Assembly: GCA_002269645.1 (NCBI GenBank)
Contig: NIVC01001280.1
Location: forward strand, 256,934-320,933
Direction: 5' to 3'
DNA length: 64,000 bases
Origin: Macrostomum lignano
Lineage: Eukaryota
Of this stretch, positions 22,127-35,485 are shown piece after piece; positions within the stretch are counted from its first letter, which is position 1; every line of letters starts with the position of its first letter. A program made the translations under genes and the position numbers. The notes beneath the pieces are model-generated. The model saw only the letters and a list, made by a program, of their open reading frames with translations, searched no databases and was not told where the DNA came from.

Positions 22127-25100
22127 TTACGCTTCGATGTTCGTACAGACCCCATCAGCCTGCAGTAGTCCCCTTGCCTGCTGTCGTCGTCTCGGTGGCG
22201 GGCCGTCTCGTTGCTTCGGCGTGTACACAGCCCGACTGGTTGTCGTAGCCAACATTGGCTCGCTCGACAGCTGCAGCTCGCCGCGCTGTCGCACCGCTTC
22301 CGGTCTCTGCCCTGGCCTGGCAACATAGTCTTCCTTCATCACAGTCCGCGCAACAAACGGATCCGCTGGTACCTGCAGCTCATCATTGTGCCGGATTGGC
22401 TCGCGGCGAGGCTGCCAGCGTGGGCTGAAGTCCTCCTGCTGCGTGCTTCGGCCCGAGAATGCATCAGTTGGGCAACGCAACTCTCCGCCATGTTGTATCG
22501 GCTGTCTGTTGTGTCATAAAGATGTTTTGCTGTATAGCTGATAGCTCTTACTAGAAATAAATAAAAGCTTGCATTCATTCTCCAAGTTCATCTTTGAGCA
22601 GCTCGGATGTTAAGCTTTGATCTTGTACAATTCGTTTGATCTTTTTACAAATATTTTTTGGCTTGCTACTTAGATGCAACTCAATTTTTTTCATGTTCTT
22701 TTCAACTAGCTACATGTACCTGTAAGTTTCCTCGTATTAGAGGAAGAGCAGCGCTGCATCGTATTTTTAGCCTTTTAGTGCACTCGGTGAATAACGTCGC
22801 CAATTTTTAAGAAACCTGTGTCAAAGTCTATAAGTTCCTTTTGTTCTCCGTTCTTCGTGTACATGTAATTGGGTTAGTTAATTGGGATAGATAATGTATG
22901 CGTACATGTCGCTTCACCTAGACAGTTAACTCATAGTTTTGGTGTACTTTTTGTGTACATTTATATCGGGAATTCGTGGTTGCTCTAAAGAAAACTAAAA
23001 GGCTACTTTGGACCTTAGGTGTGTATAATTAGTATCAACAGTTGAAGTGAGCACTAGTTTAGCGTTAGGTGCCCCCTTTGTCAGCTGTGCCCTGCGCCCT
23101 TCTGAGCTGCTGGCTGCCGCTGGCCTCAGCTCTCCCTCTCTCCCTCTCTCCCTCTCCCGCTCCCTCTCTCCCTCTCCTTCCCCGTTGTCTTTTGTCTGCC
23201 TGCGTTTCCCCTTGTCCCCCCTTTTTTTCGGCTCGTTTGTGTTCCCAGTGTCTGAGCTTCTCGTTCAGCCTGTCCTTGTTTCATTCTTTGTCTGTCTCCT
23301 CCCCCCCTTTTTGTGTGGCTGCGTTCTCTTGGCTCGAGTCCAGCCAGTTCTGGCTAGGGATTGCAAATCCCGGCTGTTCTACGATCCCGGGATCCCGGAC
23401 GAAGCTATGACTCAATCCCGGGATCCCGGACCCAATCCCGGGATTGACATTTTAATTATTTTGCCAGAATGCCAGAAAACCCGCTTCAAATTAAGAATGC
23501 ATTCTGCACTTGGTCCAACTTACTATATTACTACTATACTATATACAATATATACGTATATATATACGTATATATCGACATATACGATATATGCGATATA
23601 CTATTATACTATACTACTACTATACAATATGTAATATATACATGTAAGTAGTATATCGTATATATCGTATACGATATAATACTTATATACATGTACTATA
23701 TATTGTATTGTATAGTAGTAGTATAGTAGTATAGTATAGTATAGTACTACTATGAAATACTACTATATAAATAAAATATGAATACATGCATGCAAAATTA
23801 TCTCCCAGTCATTTTTCAATGCTTTTATGTACATAACACAAGTTACACAAGTAACTCAAGTAGTCAAATACACAAACACAACACAAGTTTGAGATTGTTT
23901 GTTTGTTTGTATTGTATGTATTGTATAATTTGTATTGTATCACGATTCGAGAATCGAGAGTCACGTCACAATCACGACGCGCTCGAATGTTACTTGTGTA
24001 ATGTATTTAAAATACGAACATTTTGATATTTCCTGGATATCACCCACTTTATAAAAAAGTTTCCAATCCCGGGATCCCGAGCCCCTAATCCCGGGATTCC
24101 TTCAGGCCAAAAAGTGTCCGGGATCCCGGGATTCGGGATCCCGGGATCCCGGGATTGCAATCATAGTTCTGGCTGTCTTTTCTCTGTCAGGCCGTACGAA
24201 ACGGATCACGTGCCCCAGGCGCTCTGTCCTTTTGCGCTCCCTTGTGCAATCTCGTGTGTCAGGCTCTAAATTAGGAAAGGCGTCCTTGCCTCTCAAGTTG
24301 AGGGTTCCGCGCCTGTTTCTAAAAATAGAACTGAATCACGCCAGATTGGAGGGCAGTGAGAGCGGCCTTGCGTACTCTGGTGCAATGGGGAGGCTTTCAC
24401 TGTATGGTGAAATCGATCCGCTATTCTATAAGTACGGGCCTCTCGTGCCTCTGTTTGGCAACCCTGTGAAAACCTGCTCGTTTACCTTTCTGTTAACCCT
24501 TCTCTCTGCTAGAGCTCTGATAACCGTTCTCTTGAAAGTCCAGCGCAGCTTGCGCTAGGCCTTAGCCAACTCATCTGACTTCTGATCTATCTTCGACTGT
24601 GTGCCTGTGAGTGAGTGCGAAACTCCCACAGAACTAACAGAAACTAGCACAGCTTCTCGTCCCCGCACTTGAGCCCGGCAGGATTGCTGACGAGGTGTGC
24701 ACCGGTACGAACTGTCAAATCTGCACGGCGTGCTGAGTTCTCGTGTCTCGTTTATTTCGCTCAGCCCGGAGTCTCCCTCACCGAAAGACAAGATCCGAGC
24801 GAGCTGGTGGCAGCACTACCAACGCTACTAAGAACAGCTAGAAGGCTTCCTGGGAGAGTCTACCAAGGACTCAAGGTAGGCAGCTCGAGTGACTGAGTAG
24901 GAAGCGAGAAACCAACAAACACTTCACAGTCAGCTTATCAGGTATTATCATCAAAAAATTATACAAAAGCTAGCTCACCTGCGCTGTATCTGGTCGGGAG
25001 GCTTGAAGTCTCCACGACAGGTGGTCCCTGTCTCCATTGGCTCAGTGGCCAGCTTCAACTCGCCTGAGTGCCGCACAGGCAGCGTCCTCTCCGGCCTCGT

Positions 25101-26330
25101 CTGAGTGTCAGCGGCTGCGGCGAAGTCGCCAGTGTAGGAGGACTGGCCTTCCAGCGGCCGGCTGGGTGGTCTGTATTGCTGCTGCGGCCTGCAACTTGCC
25201 TGCTTTGCGCCCGCCATATCGGCTGGTTGGAAGTCGCGGTACCGCTCGGCGCTCTCGCTGACTCCCTGGAACGGCTTTACCGGCCCCATCCGGATCGCAG
25301 GTCGGATCGGAGGCAGTCGAACGATCGTTTTGCCGGCAGTAAAGTCAGCGGAGTAGGAGGTGCTCGTTTCCATGGCGCCTTCCGGCTTGTGGTAGGCCGG
25401 CTGCTCATGCCGGTACCGCGGCTGCTGCTGCCAGCTCCGAAATTCCTCCCTGCTAAGCGGCTCCCCCTCGAAAGGGGCCTTCGTGCGTTCGATCTCGTCT
25501 TTTGGCCGGACAGCCTGTTCCTTTGCTGTTAGGAACCAATTGGAGAGAGCAGCTCAAGTTCATTAATTGATTGTCCAAAATTTCCAAAACTATATATAGC
25601 TGAATGACTGGCTGACTGAAAAAAACCTTAAAATGAAAGCAAAAAAACTCACGGAGGTACTTGGGCTGAAAGTCCGTTCTGTTGACGGACTCGCCAGTAA
25701 ATTTTTCAGCGGGAGGGCGCCACTCGGCTTGCTCCCTCTGAACACGGGGCTGTACTTTGTGCGTAAGAAACTGCTCCGCTGTCTCCGACCTGCCTTCCAC
25801 GCGGCCAGTGGGGGGCTCCCACTGGGGCCGGTTTTCCACCTTGTGTACCCGCTTCATCTGCCACGGCTTGTAGTCCACTGCAAGAGTAAGATGTGCATTT
25901 TAAGCAAATAGTGACGTACATTCGTTTGATTTTTCTTTGAATTTATATTCTTTGCTAGTCGGAATTCTAAAGAGCGATTCAGCTTTTAGTGTCTAAACTC
26001 GTATTAGTACTCAAATGTCGCTGGCTAGCTGACTTTTTGCCCTCGAAAAATGCTACGAGATGAATGGAGGCTTCAGCACGGAGGAGTTGCACTACTGCAG
26101 AATCGTTAGGGAAAATAAAGATACTGCATGAGTCAGTTACTTTTTCCGAAAAAACAGTAAGTAGATACAGTAACTATAGTATTAAGTGAATCAATTACAT
26201 ATACATTAGACCTGAATATACATGTAATATACAGTAAGTTCTATTAAATGCTTGTAGCAAGCTGCTCACCCTTGTACTGGCTGATCACAGCAGCCTCCAC
26301 TACAGCGGCATCTCCTGCTTTGCCCGACAT
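22127..26330 (-). CDS. SAXO: Stabilizer of axonemal microtubules (SAXO/FAM154 family), 403 aa
   Basis: Exons 26330-26270, 25877-25653, 25525-24979 and 22505-22127 all have GT-AG introns with compatible phases and total 1212 nt. About ten Mn-like repeats are present (GRSETAEQF, GESVNRTDF, TSTSYSADF, GQSSYTGDF, GRSTQQEDF). Exon 1 was chosen by phase fit and is the least certain. Confidence 0.85.
23043..24926 (+). mobile_element. Solo LTR (~1065 bp once the nested MITE is removed), in SAXO intron 3
   Basis: Ends TGAAGTG...CACTTCA with a 4-bp TSD CAGT (23039-23042, 24927-24930). Homologous to the LTR at 12208-13141. Confidence 0.88.
23355..24165. mobile_element. hAT (Ac-like) non-autonomous element, 811 bp, nested in the solo LTR
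   Basis: TIRs TAGGGATTGCAA and TTGCAATCATA. 8-bp TSD GTTCTGGC at 23347-23354 and 24166-24173. Subterminal CCGGGAT/ATCCCGG repeats at both ends and a TA-rich microsatellite core. Confidence 0.88.
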
Positions 26331-26548
26331 GAGAATTGTGGTTCACTGTCCGCTTTTTTCAAATAAACAAGTGACTGGGCCTGGATAGCAGCTAGCTTTA
26401 GGTATTAAGTGTTTAAGATTGCACAGGCAGGGTGAGCGACTGCGCTGAGGCCGGTTGCTAAGGCTGACTGCAACGCAACCCACCCTGCTTGTGTACTGTG
26501 AGCATGCATTTCTAGCCAGAAACCATATGCCCAATTCTAATTATCTCT

Positions 26549-26563
26549 GTTGCCATTAGTTAC
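26549..26563 (-). promoter_or_regulatory. Candidate RFX X-box upstream of SAXO
   Basis: The minus strand reads GTAACTAATGGCAAC, fitting GTNRCN-N(0-3)-RGYAAC, about 220 bp upstream of the ATG. A second half-site GTTGCT lies at 26454-26459. Confidence 0.45.
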
Positions 26564-27439
26564 TGCACTGCACTTGCTTTCCTCTATCTACACTTGCTCA
26601 CTGTGTCTCTGCATGTAAAGTATGTCTCACAAGCCTCTGATCAAATGCGGAGTAGAGTGGGTTGCTTTCTGCTTAGAAACAATAGGCTATGGAGAGTGCG
26701 TATAATTTACTGAGGAGAACTCAGTCTGGAGAAGTGTTTTAGAGCTCCGACTTTTATACAGGTACTTTCGACAAGCTTTGTTTGCCTATGGGATAAGAAC
26801 ACAAATTTCAGTAAAGCTTTGGAGACGATAATCTGCTGAAAGATACTGAATATAGAAAGGAACCTACCATTTTAAGTAGTCCCTAATTGCAAAATAAAAA
26901 TGCAAAGCAACTTTTTCACAAAAAGCATAGCAAAAATATGTTGTGCGTCGTTAGACTTAGGCTTAGCGTTTGGGCTAGGGTTTAGGGTGTGGCATGAAAA
27001 TTACCTGTGTCGATCGCGTTGTGTATCGGGTGCTTCACTTTAACTGTGAACACAGGCTCAGTCCATCCACATATACTAAAATTCTTGATTCATTCGCACT
27101 AGCTTTGTGTGCGTTCTACACTGCACATCGCTCGCCTGGTTAGAATAATATATAAATTGGGACTGGGCCAGTTTGAGCTTTGAGTGTTCTGGACTAGCCT
27201 AATTTACGGACCTGCATCAATACGAGCGTAACTTAGAAATTACTGGCAATAGAAGGTTGCAGCGCACGAGTGAGAATGAGGCGATTATCCTGAAGTCTCA
27301 CTTACGAATATTCTCATTGTCTAACTTCAGTGGATGGCCATAGACATAAAAGATAAGCCATAAACAAGATTGAAACAGGCAGGGGGTTAATTGGGTTAAG
27401 TGATGAGAAGAGAGGAAACATTGACTACAAATATAGGCT

Positions 27440-27640
27440 ACATGAGCTTGACCACAGAGGAGGACGAGAAATATTATTTGATCAACTGGGCAAATCTACA
27501 TGTCGAAAGCTTAGCCAACGTAACTAGCAGCGAACTAAATTGGATCTCGTGAGTCTCTTCATCTGAGAAGGACATGAAGGACAATGAAGATTTTTTTAAC
27601 TTGTCTATTGATGAGGACGCATCTTTTTTCATTCTAAAAA
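27440..27640 (+). pseudogene. Crypton-like tyrosine recombinase, decayed N-terminal fragment
   Basis: YYLINWANLHVESLANVTSSELNWIS aligns by eye with NHLINYSNLPGEMVSGMSTEELAWVS of the ORF at 46761. Confidence 0.5.
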
Positions 27641-27672
27641 CCGCACATTTTGCTTCGATTCGCTTTCCCCTA

Positions 27673-28782
27673 CTGTCAGTAGGCTAGCTTAGGAATTTCT
27701 CTCTATTCTCTCATTTAGGCTTAGTTCTATACTAATTTATGACATTACTATTAATTATGTTAGATACTCAATGTACTCCCTTAGTAGGATTCTAATTTTG
27801 GGTTGTTTACGCATCTTTGAAGGTCAGACTGTCTGGGTCTGAGGCGGATTGACCTTTAACAGTCTAGACAGGCGACATTAAGTCTGGGAGGAATGTTGTT
27901 AATCTCATTCTGACCCTCTGATTTGTGCCTTTTTCACTATTTTTAGTGATTTATGACGGTCTAGCTGTCACTTTTGGCTCCAGCCTGTCTGGGTCAAAGA
28001 GGTCTTTCCAGCTTTCTCCCCACTCGCTCTGTTACCATCTCTTTTGATTTATGGGCGTTTTGCAGTCACTTTTGGCGCCAGGATGTCTAGACAAGTGACT
28101 TTTATTATGCTTTGCACATGATTTATGACTGCACCTGTCAACTTCCCTGGGGTCTGAAGGCCACCTGGTGGGGTGGGTTTTGGGGTCTTGAGCTCAGCCA
28201 ATCAGAGACGACCTGACTGCCCCCGGCTCGTCCAAGCGGAAAATTCGGCGCCTATTTTAACAAAAGCTCTCAGCCAATCAGAAAATTCGGCGCGCGTTAT
28301 AACAAATCGGCCGCATGAGAGCTATATAAGGCGGCAACTCGACCCGCGCTCGAAAAGGCCTGCTGGGACTTCCCTTCTTGCACGGTCCTAACCCCGTCTT
28401 AGACGGCCCCTTCGGCATCTGCTGCGTCTTCGACGTCTGGTCCCCCTTCCCCCGGCAGTTTCGGCTTCAGCAGCTAAGTTCCCCCTGAGAAGCATCATCA
28501 ATATCTCTCGGCAGTGATCTAAGAGCAGCAACGACAACCGGCAAGTGAAGAGCACCGGCGGTACTCGTCAGTTAAGATCAGCAGCAGCATCCCATCCGAG
28601 CGCTTCGGTCTCTACAGATCCCTTGGCTACCGGCAGTTAGGTCCTCTGATTGGTTTGGTGAGAGGCTTTCTTGACCTGCTCAACTGAGTGCACCCTTCGT
28701 CTGACCCCTTCCTAGGTAGTCTGATAGGTTTTGTACTTTTGCTTACTTGCTTTTTGCGTGCCAAACTCGAGGCAGAAGTGTC
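27673..28782 (+). mobile_element. LTR-like segment with promoter motifs
   Basis: Starts TGTCA and ends TGTCA, with two AGCCAATCAG (CCAAT) boxes and CTATATAAG at ~28322. No TSD or primer-binding site was confirmed. Confidence 0.35.
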
Positions 28783-29699
28783 ATCCAATATACTAAAAGT
28801 AGCCATTAGCTCTGACTCAATCTAAGGCGTTTAGGATTGCGGATTAAGTGAGAAAGTTAAATCTGGAAGTTAAAGACTTGATGTTTTCTTTCTTTTTCGC
28901 AATGCCAGCTGAGATGAGTGGCTAGATCTAGGGGCAGAGGTCACAGAGGACCGGAAGCGGCACAGTTCCCAGTCAATCAGTCGATTTGAGCAATCATGAT
29001 AAGCAAGCAACCTGAGTGCCAGACTGGTGCTTTCGCGCAGTCTCAGGCAGCTAAGCGGCTAAAACGAGTTAAATGTTAGTCTAAAGATCTCTCCAAAGGC
29101 GGCAATACACCTACATCATCGCTATCTGTCGACGTGTTAACACATTTAGTGCCAAAAGCGTGCAGTTACGTGTATTTGTACATGTACTTCTGGGAATTTG
29201 GTAATGAAATAGTACTTTTAGTAGTGTATGAAGGCTCGCCAGCGCAAGAACCCCCTGCAAAAGTCCTCTCTGTCCCTGCATGGCCAATGCGATCTTAGTC
29301 CCAGCAGCGTCCCTTCTATTCGGCTATGACTTCGAGATTTAGACAGCTAAAAGACACTAGATGGCAGGTAAGTGCAGTGCCCCTCTAGTCGGAAGTCCGA
29401 TTTCGAAAGCTCCGGTTTGGTGAGCCGGGGCGCACGGACTGGTGGCAGCGGGTTAGTTAATCTGCGGATTAGCTAATCTCTACCTTTCAAATTCTCCCTG
29501 CTTGTCTCTCGCTGTCTTCTCTTAGCTATAGGACCTTGCTGCTCGCCCACAATCTAGCTACCATGGGGCTGACCATCTGACAGGAGTGAGAGGCCAGAGT
29601 TCTAAGTGATTCATTTCTGAATTCTGAGGCCCGAAGCTATAGGCTTAAAAAGGCCGAATCCATCACTATCTTGCACTTTCTTGGAGAAGACTAGAGTGA

Positions 29700-30206
29700 C
29701 ACTGACGAGGATTGTCGGATCGGAGGCACCAGGTGATTTTTTTCAAAGCAGAAAGAAGCGAGGAATCAACTACCTCGTACTTAAGGACCTTCAAGAAGGC
29801 GCTGAGTAAAGAAGTCCAGCTGCCGAAGGAATACACAAATCAGCATCCGCGGTGAGTTAGTGGGTCGATGAAAGTATATTTGACTTTTCCGATGTACTTT
29901 TTTGTATGATTGAAAATAATGTGAATTTCCCTGGTCTTGCTTCCTGCTCCGTTCTAGACTAGAGTTAGCAGAGTGTGCGACCTGGAATCGGAAGGGCATT
30001 CAATGGGCGAGATCATGGCTATTACGGGTCAAAAGTCCGAGAGCACCGTCCGGCGCTACCTGGCGATGAAACGGGACAAGTCCTTGCAAAAATGCAGTGT
30101 CGCGTGCTCTAACATAGGAGAAAACGCACAGACCCACGGTCATATAACAATGCCTGCCGACATCAGCATACAGAGCTCCATCGCGCAAGAAGAGGTGATA
30201 ATGTGA
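29700..30206 (+). pseudogene. Crypton-like tyrosine recombinase, C-terminal exons (copy 1)
   Basis: GINYL...KEVQLPKEYTN, an intron at ~29851-29962, then RVSRVCDLESEGHSMGEIMAITGQKSESTVRRYL with the catalytic Tyr. Frameshifted. Confidence 0.7.
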
Positions 30207-30599
30207 CTGATGGTCGGGAGATGAACGGCCGGAGTATCTTAATAATAAAAATTATACTCTCAACAATTGCCAACTGTAATGGAGGATGGTACTGTGACAA
30301 TTCTGCCGTACTTAGGAGACTTATTTTCACCATTAATACGAGTATAATATTGCGTTTATTCTTTCTTGTTCGCGTTGTTTCAAGAAAGAATTACCCCATT
30401 TTTTCTGTTTTAAAAATAACCCATTGTTATCCTGAGGTCAACACCATTATCCAGAGGTTTCAAGTGAAGAAATATATTGAGTGTGGATCAGTTTTGAACA
30501 TAGACAATTTCATTATCATAAAGGCAGATTTTTGACAATGGCCAGTACCGCAGATAACATTGGTAAAGCAGTTGTCTATGGCCGAAATTGGAGGCCATA

Positions 30600-31402
30600 G
30601 ACATCGAAATTGGAGACTGGTGATATGCAAAAGCTTGCATGCTACTTTGAGGGAGGTACGGCAGTGGCAGAGCAGGACATTTATTTCTGTTTTACGAGTA
30701 TGTCTTTTATTGCTTGGGCGAAAGAGGCCAAGAGCACCTGCAGCATCTGACATGACGAGATGCATTGGAGCTGCACACCGAATCTGATGGTAAGGAGTTC
30801 TACTGTCTCCCGCCTCTTCCGTCTAAGAATAAGTCCGCGGATCCAGTGAGAAGTAAAGCAAAACCCGACAACAAGCAGGCAAGGATCGATACTGAAAAGG
30901 TACGACGGTATCTAGACCTTCTACCAGTTGAAACCAAGGATAACCATCTAGTTCCACTGTCACTGGCAAACTCTGCGAACGGAAGTCCTACGTATTCAAC
31001 GAAGCAGAATCGCGGTGTCAACTATCTTGTTCGATTCATGCATAACTTGAGCGAGAAGGCTGGGCTATCAAAGATGTATTCCAACCATTGCATCAGGTAG
31101 TACGACTAATTTTTTTGATCTCGAAAATAACAGATCTTAGATCTTTAATTTATCTGAGAGAAAACATTGTAAACTACATGCATTAGTACTGTAATCATCA
31201 TTCATCATATTTTCTTAGGGTCACCAGGATTACGGATCTAGAGGCCGCGGGACATAGCATGGCTGAAATGTCCATCACCAGCCAGATATCTGAACGAACG
31301 GCACGCAGGTACCTTACAAAACGTCGGGACCGATCTCTGCAAGGGTCGCAAGGAGTGAAAACGGGTGAAAACCCCGAGCGCACGGCCAGACAGAACTGTT
31401 AA
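30600..31402 (+). pseudogene. Crypton-like tyrosine recombinase, catalytic core (copy 2)
   Basis: FYCLGERGQEHLQHLT...SDGKEFY, RGVNYLVRFMHNLSEKAGLSKMYSNHCIR (HxxR), GT-AG intron 31097-31218, then VTRITDLEAAGHSMAEM...TARRYL. The 5' part has stops and frameshifts. Confidence 0.78.
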
Positions 31403-33953
31403 AGGAGCGGGCTGGGGGGTGGCGCGCGAGAGAAATTAGTATAATTAATGCGCGGCTTTTCTATTGGCCGGCTGAGAAAAACAGGAACAGAAATTATCGA
31501 TCGCGCGCTGTACGCAGGGTTTACAATTGTACACAGCTGATTAAAATTCCTAGGGCACTACTTTAAGCAGACGTGAGAATACGAAACCAGTAATATTAAA
31601 GATCGGTACCGCGTATGTCAAAACGGCCCTTGGCGGGGCTACGTAAACTGACAACGTCGCACCCTTAGTCGGCCATTTCTTGTACAGTTAAGGTCAAGAA
31701 CCTTAGTCTCGGGAGTCCTGTCCCGTTAGTGGGAGTTTTTACCGGTTGTACTTGTACGTGTACATGTATAGTACTACTCCTGCACAGCTGACTTGTGGTG
31801 GCCACGCCTCTGGCGTGTACCTTCAAAAAACCCTGGCCCGCGCTGTCTAGATAAATGGGATCTTGGCCGCAACATCAGCTACTGCACCATCCAGAGACGG
31901 ACAAAGTCTAGGGGATGAGGCCTGGTGGCTGTACTTTTCAGCGCCAGAGACAAGGGGTTTTGCACAGGTGTTTTCATATGCAGCCCGCGGGTTATGTCAC
32001 ATGTACTTCATCAGTGGCAATCTTAATTTAGAGATAAATAGTGAAGCTTGTGCGCGTAGAAATGATTTTAAAGCCAAATGGGTATAATGTAGATTGCCAA
32101 TTGTATGCGGACAGAAAGTAAATCATTCGCTCTTAAATTTTGATGAAAATAGATTTGCGATTATGGCTTGTGATCACATGATCTAGTCGATCAGTTACTA
32201 TAGGTCAAATTTCTTGCGATATAACAACCTTCAGATGATTTGATAAGTTGATAGTGATGTGAATGATAAATCCGAAGTGATTGTACGACATCTAATAGTC
32301 TCTAAGATGGCATTTATTAAAATTTAATTAAATTAAAATTACGGCATTTATTTCAAACAGAAAAACAAAATTGGAAACTTTTTATAACGAATTTTTAAAA
32401 AATGGTGTTAACTCTTATTCAGATTAAAACTAGAAGCAAAGTTATTTGTAATAAAAACTTCGAAAGTAGATAGGCTAATTTAAAAGAGGTTGACACTAAA
32501 AGCTTTTAAGAGGAAAAATTAGCTGTAATTTATCTGGAATGGTCCCGAATATTACACTAGGGACTAGGTCAAATGTGCAGTACTGTAAAAATAAAATTAA
32601 AATTAAAACCTGAGAGGTTCGTTAAAGGTAGCCAAGTCTAAATATCATAAATGTGCTCACATAGAAGTTTAACTATCATATAACCCAACTGTAACCTTTC
32701 TTAAATAATAGTTTGTAAAACTATAAAAGCTGTGATCTAAAGTCTAAAGTCTAATGCTAAATAAATTAGGCCATTGTTATGTTAATTTTAAAGTTGCAAA
32801 GATATTTAGGTAATTGTTCGTAACTTGTGTTTAATCGAACTCAGCGCAGAAACGTGCTTAAAGCTAAAAAAATAAAGCACATCTTGAAATTGTTTTGAGG
32901 TTTCGCAACATTAACATTTACTTAGCAACTAAAATGATGTCTTTGTCGTGGAATATACCTGTGCATAACATATCATAATATATATTAGTAAGCTTTTAAA
33001 TAGGAAATAAAAGATATGTTTTGCCTTTTATTTAGTAAGTAATACTGAATGTATTCTAAAGTTTTTCGACAATCGTTTTTTAGCAAATTAGTAAAATTGT
33101 GAAATAATAAACCATTTATTTTTTGCTTGTTTGTGTAATGTGACGACATTACGAGTACTTTATCAACCTGTCTCTAGCTTAAAAAATCAAACCTGCTTAC
33201 AAGGAGTTTTAGTAGATTTTGACCAAAACTGCAATTACAAGACTGCTATAACCAAAATGCGCAGTTTTTATCATAACAACACAACATCATATTCTTCCCT
33301 GGCTCTCTAAAATCAAAATTATCTATTTGCTTGATAGTTCTTTTCAAATTTGTATTGCTAGTTTTTAAGACTCAAATCAATTTGCAAAATCATGTTGTTT
33401 CTTAATGACCATATTCTATGTGGATAGTTTCATTTACAAATTATGTGTACTATGAGCCTATAGATCTGACATCCTTGCACCTAGTAGAATTTTATTTGGA
33501 TTTATTTAGTTTGACTTGTAATATTTTTATCATGTTATTAAATGCACATATTTTTATCTCTCTTTGTAGGTTTATTTCATTTCTATCAGTTGTTATCAAA
33601 TAAAATATTGCAAGCTCTATTTTAACCTCTATAATAGTCACCTAACCTCCAAAGCTCATTGTAATATTTATAAGTATTTTATAATTGGTATTTAATTTTT
33701 ATTGTTTAATAAGAAGTTCCTTTTATTAGAGGTAGAACTGTGTGCACCCTTGCATACTTTAAACAACATTTTCACACAAACGACAAGAGAGACATTACAT
33801 GTACTTCCGATTCCGCCAACTCCCCTGAGCAGGCACACAAGCGTGCAGATACATGCAGTCATATGCACAGACACACACTCGCACAGGAGTTTTTTTAATT
33901 TTTTATCTATCGTTAGGCCAAGGACAACTTAAGTAGAAGGACGCAACACTCAA

Positions 33954-35485
33954 CAAACAACAACAACAGAGTACGCTGCCGGATCGCAAAAGCAGCGTCA
34001 GATGGCGCGCTTCAAAGCTTGGGCGCAAACAAAGGCCGCACCGCCGGCAGAGTCCGGGGCGCCGGCGTCAGCCAGCAGATAGTCGACGTAGCGCCGTGTC
34101 CTCGCTTGTCCCCGCCGGTAGGGTGCCTGCAACGTAAGTAGCAGCACCTCCTGCACCGGCTCCGGACAGTAGGCCTCGGCGCGGATGACGTGGCCTGCCA
34201 GCTGGAGTCGCCGACGGCGCAGCAGATCGCTAGGACGGGCCAGGCCGGCGCGATGATAGAGCGCCGTGTTGGTGACTCGCTCGTTGCCGATCTTGAAGGC
34301 GGCGCGCAGCAGGCCAGCGTGCGCCGCGTCGACTTGAGCCTCGAGCGAGTCTGTCAGCGTCCAGGTCTCGGCGTTGTATAACAGGACGGTTTCGATCACC
34401 GCCTGGAACAGCGCCGCCCTCTGGCGGTCCGGTACGGCCTCGGACTGCAGGACTGACCTTATAGAACGAAAGGCAGCCCAGGCAAGTCCTCGGCGACGCC
34501 GCAGATCCTCGCGAACGTCGGGAACCAGACCGCCGAGGTAGACGAACTGCCGACACCTTGGAAGCTCACTCGCCTGTCCGTCAGCGCCTCGGCAGAAGAT
34601 TGCAGCCTCGGTGTCGTCCGGCACGCATAGCACGACGGTCTTCTGCGTGTTGACCACCAGGCCGACGCTCGCCGCAACGGCAACCAGCCTATCCAGCTGT
34701 CGTTGGGCGCCCTCGACGGTCGAGGACAGCAGGGCGAGGTCATCGGCGTAGCCAAGCACGCTGAGCCGTCTCTCCGGTTGGCGTCGACCCACGCGTCGCC
34801 GCAGCAGGAAGCCGTCGTCGTTGGAAGACAGAGCAGTCCGTAGCACCCAGTCAAGCACCAGAATAAATAGGAACGGCGCTAGCGTATCTCCTTGGAGCCC
34901 CGGAGGATGTCTCGAAGAAATCCGATAGGCCGTCCGGTGTTGAGACAGCAGCCGTCGTGCCGTGGTACAGCGCCATGACAGCAGAAATCAGCAGCTCTGG
35001 CACGTTGTACGCACGGAGCACCTCTGGGAGCGCGTCCCTCACGACCGAGTCGAAGGCCTTCCTGAAATCGACGAAGATCAGGATCAGGGTCAACTGGCGG
35101 ATGCGCGCCTCCTCGATGACTCGCCGAAGAGCCAGGATCTGCGTCACTGTGCCGCGATGGGGCCGGAATCCGTTCTGCTCAGGCCGCAGGTACGGGTCCA
35201 GCACAGGCTGTAGCCGCGATAGCAGCATGCGGTTGAACAGCTTCGCGGCGCAGGACTGTAGGCAGATGCCTCGATGCTCCTCGAGCTTGGTGGTGCCCGA
35301 CGTTGTGAAGTTCGCTCGGCAGTCGCCGGGCGGCAAAGCGCTTGGTCCGGACGAGGTGCCCACCGAGGCGCTGCGGATCCACTGCGTGGCCACTGAGGTC
35401 GCCAGAGTGATGAACCGCGTGCTTTCCGGTGAGGTGGCGCCAAACGAATGGACCACGGCGCACATCGTCGCCATTCCAAAGAAGC
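33954..35485 (-). mobile_element. RTE-clade LINE, 5'-truncated, with an inverted 5' segment
   Basis: RT motifs PEQNGFRPHRGT, FVDFRKAFDSV, QGDTLAPFLF and YADDLAL. (TTG)n tail at 33954-33968. TSD GCAACACTCAA at 33943-33953 and 35484-35494. The segment ~35295-35485 encodes GKALGPDEVP...IVAIPKK on the plus strand. One frameshift near 34900. Confidence 0.93.

Noticed and set aside
29000-29420. Gypsy integrase zinc-finger on the minus strand
   Set aside because: There are weak hints (GHAGTERTF, ARFWH) with many stops, and the orientation conflicts with the adjacent LTR-like segment. It cannot be supported without a profile search.
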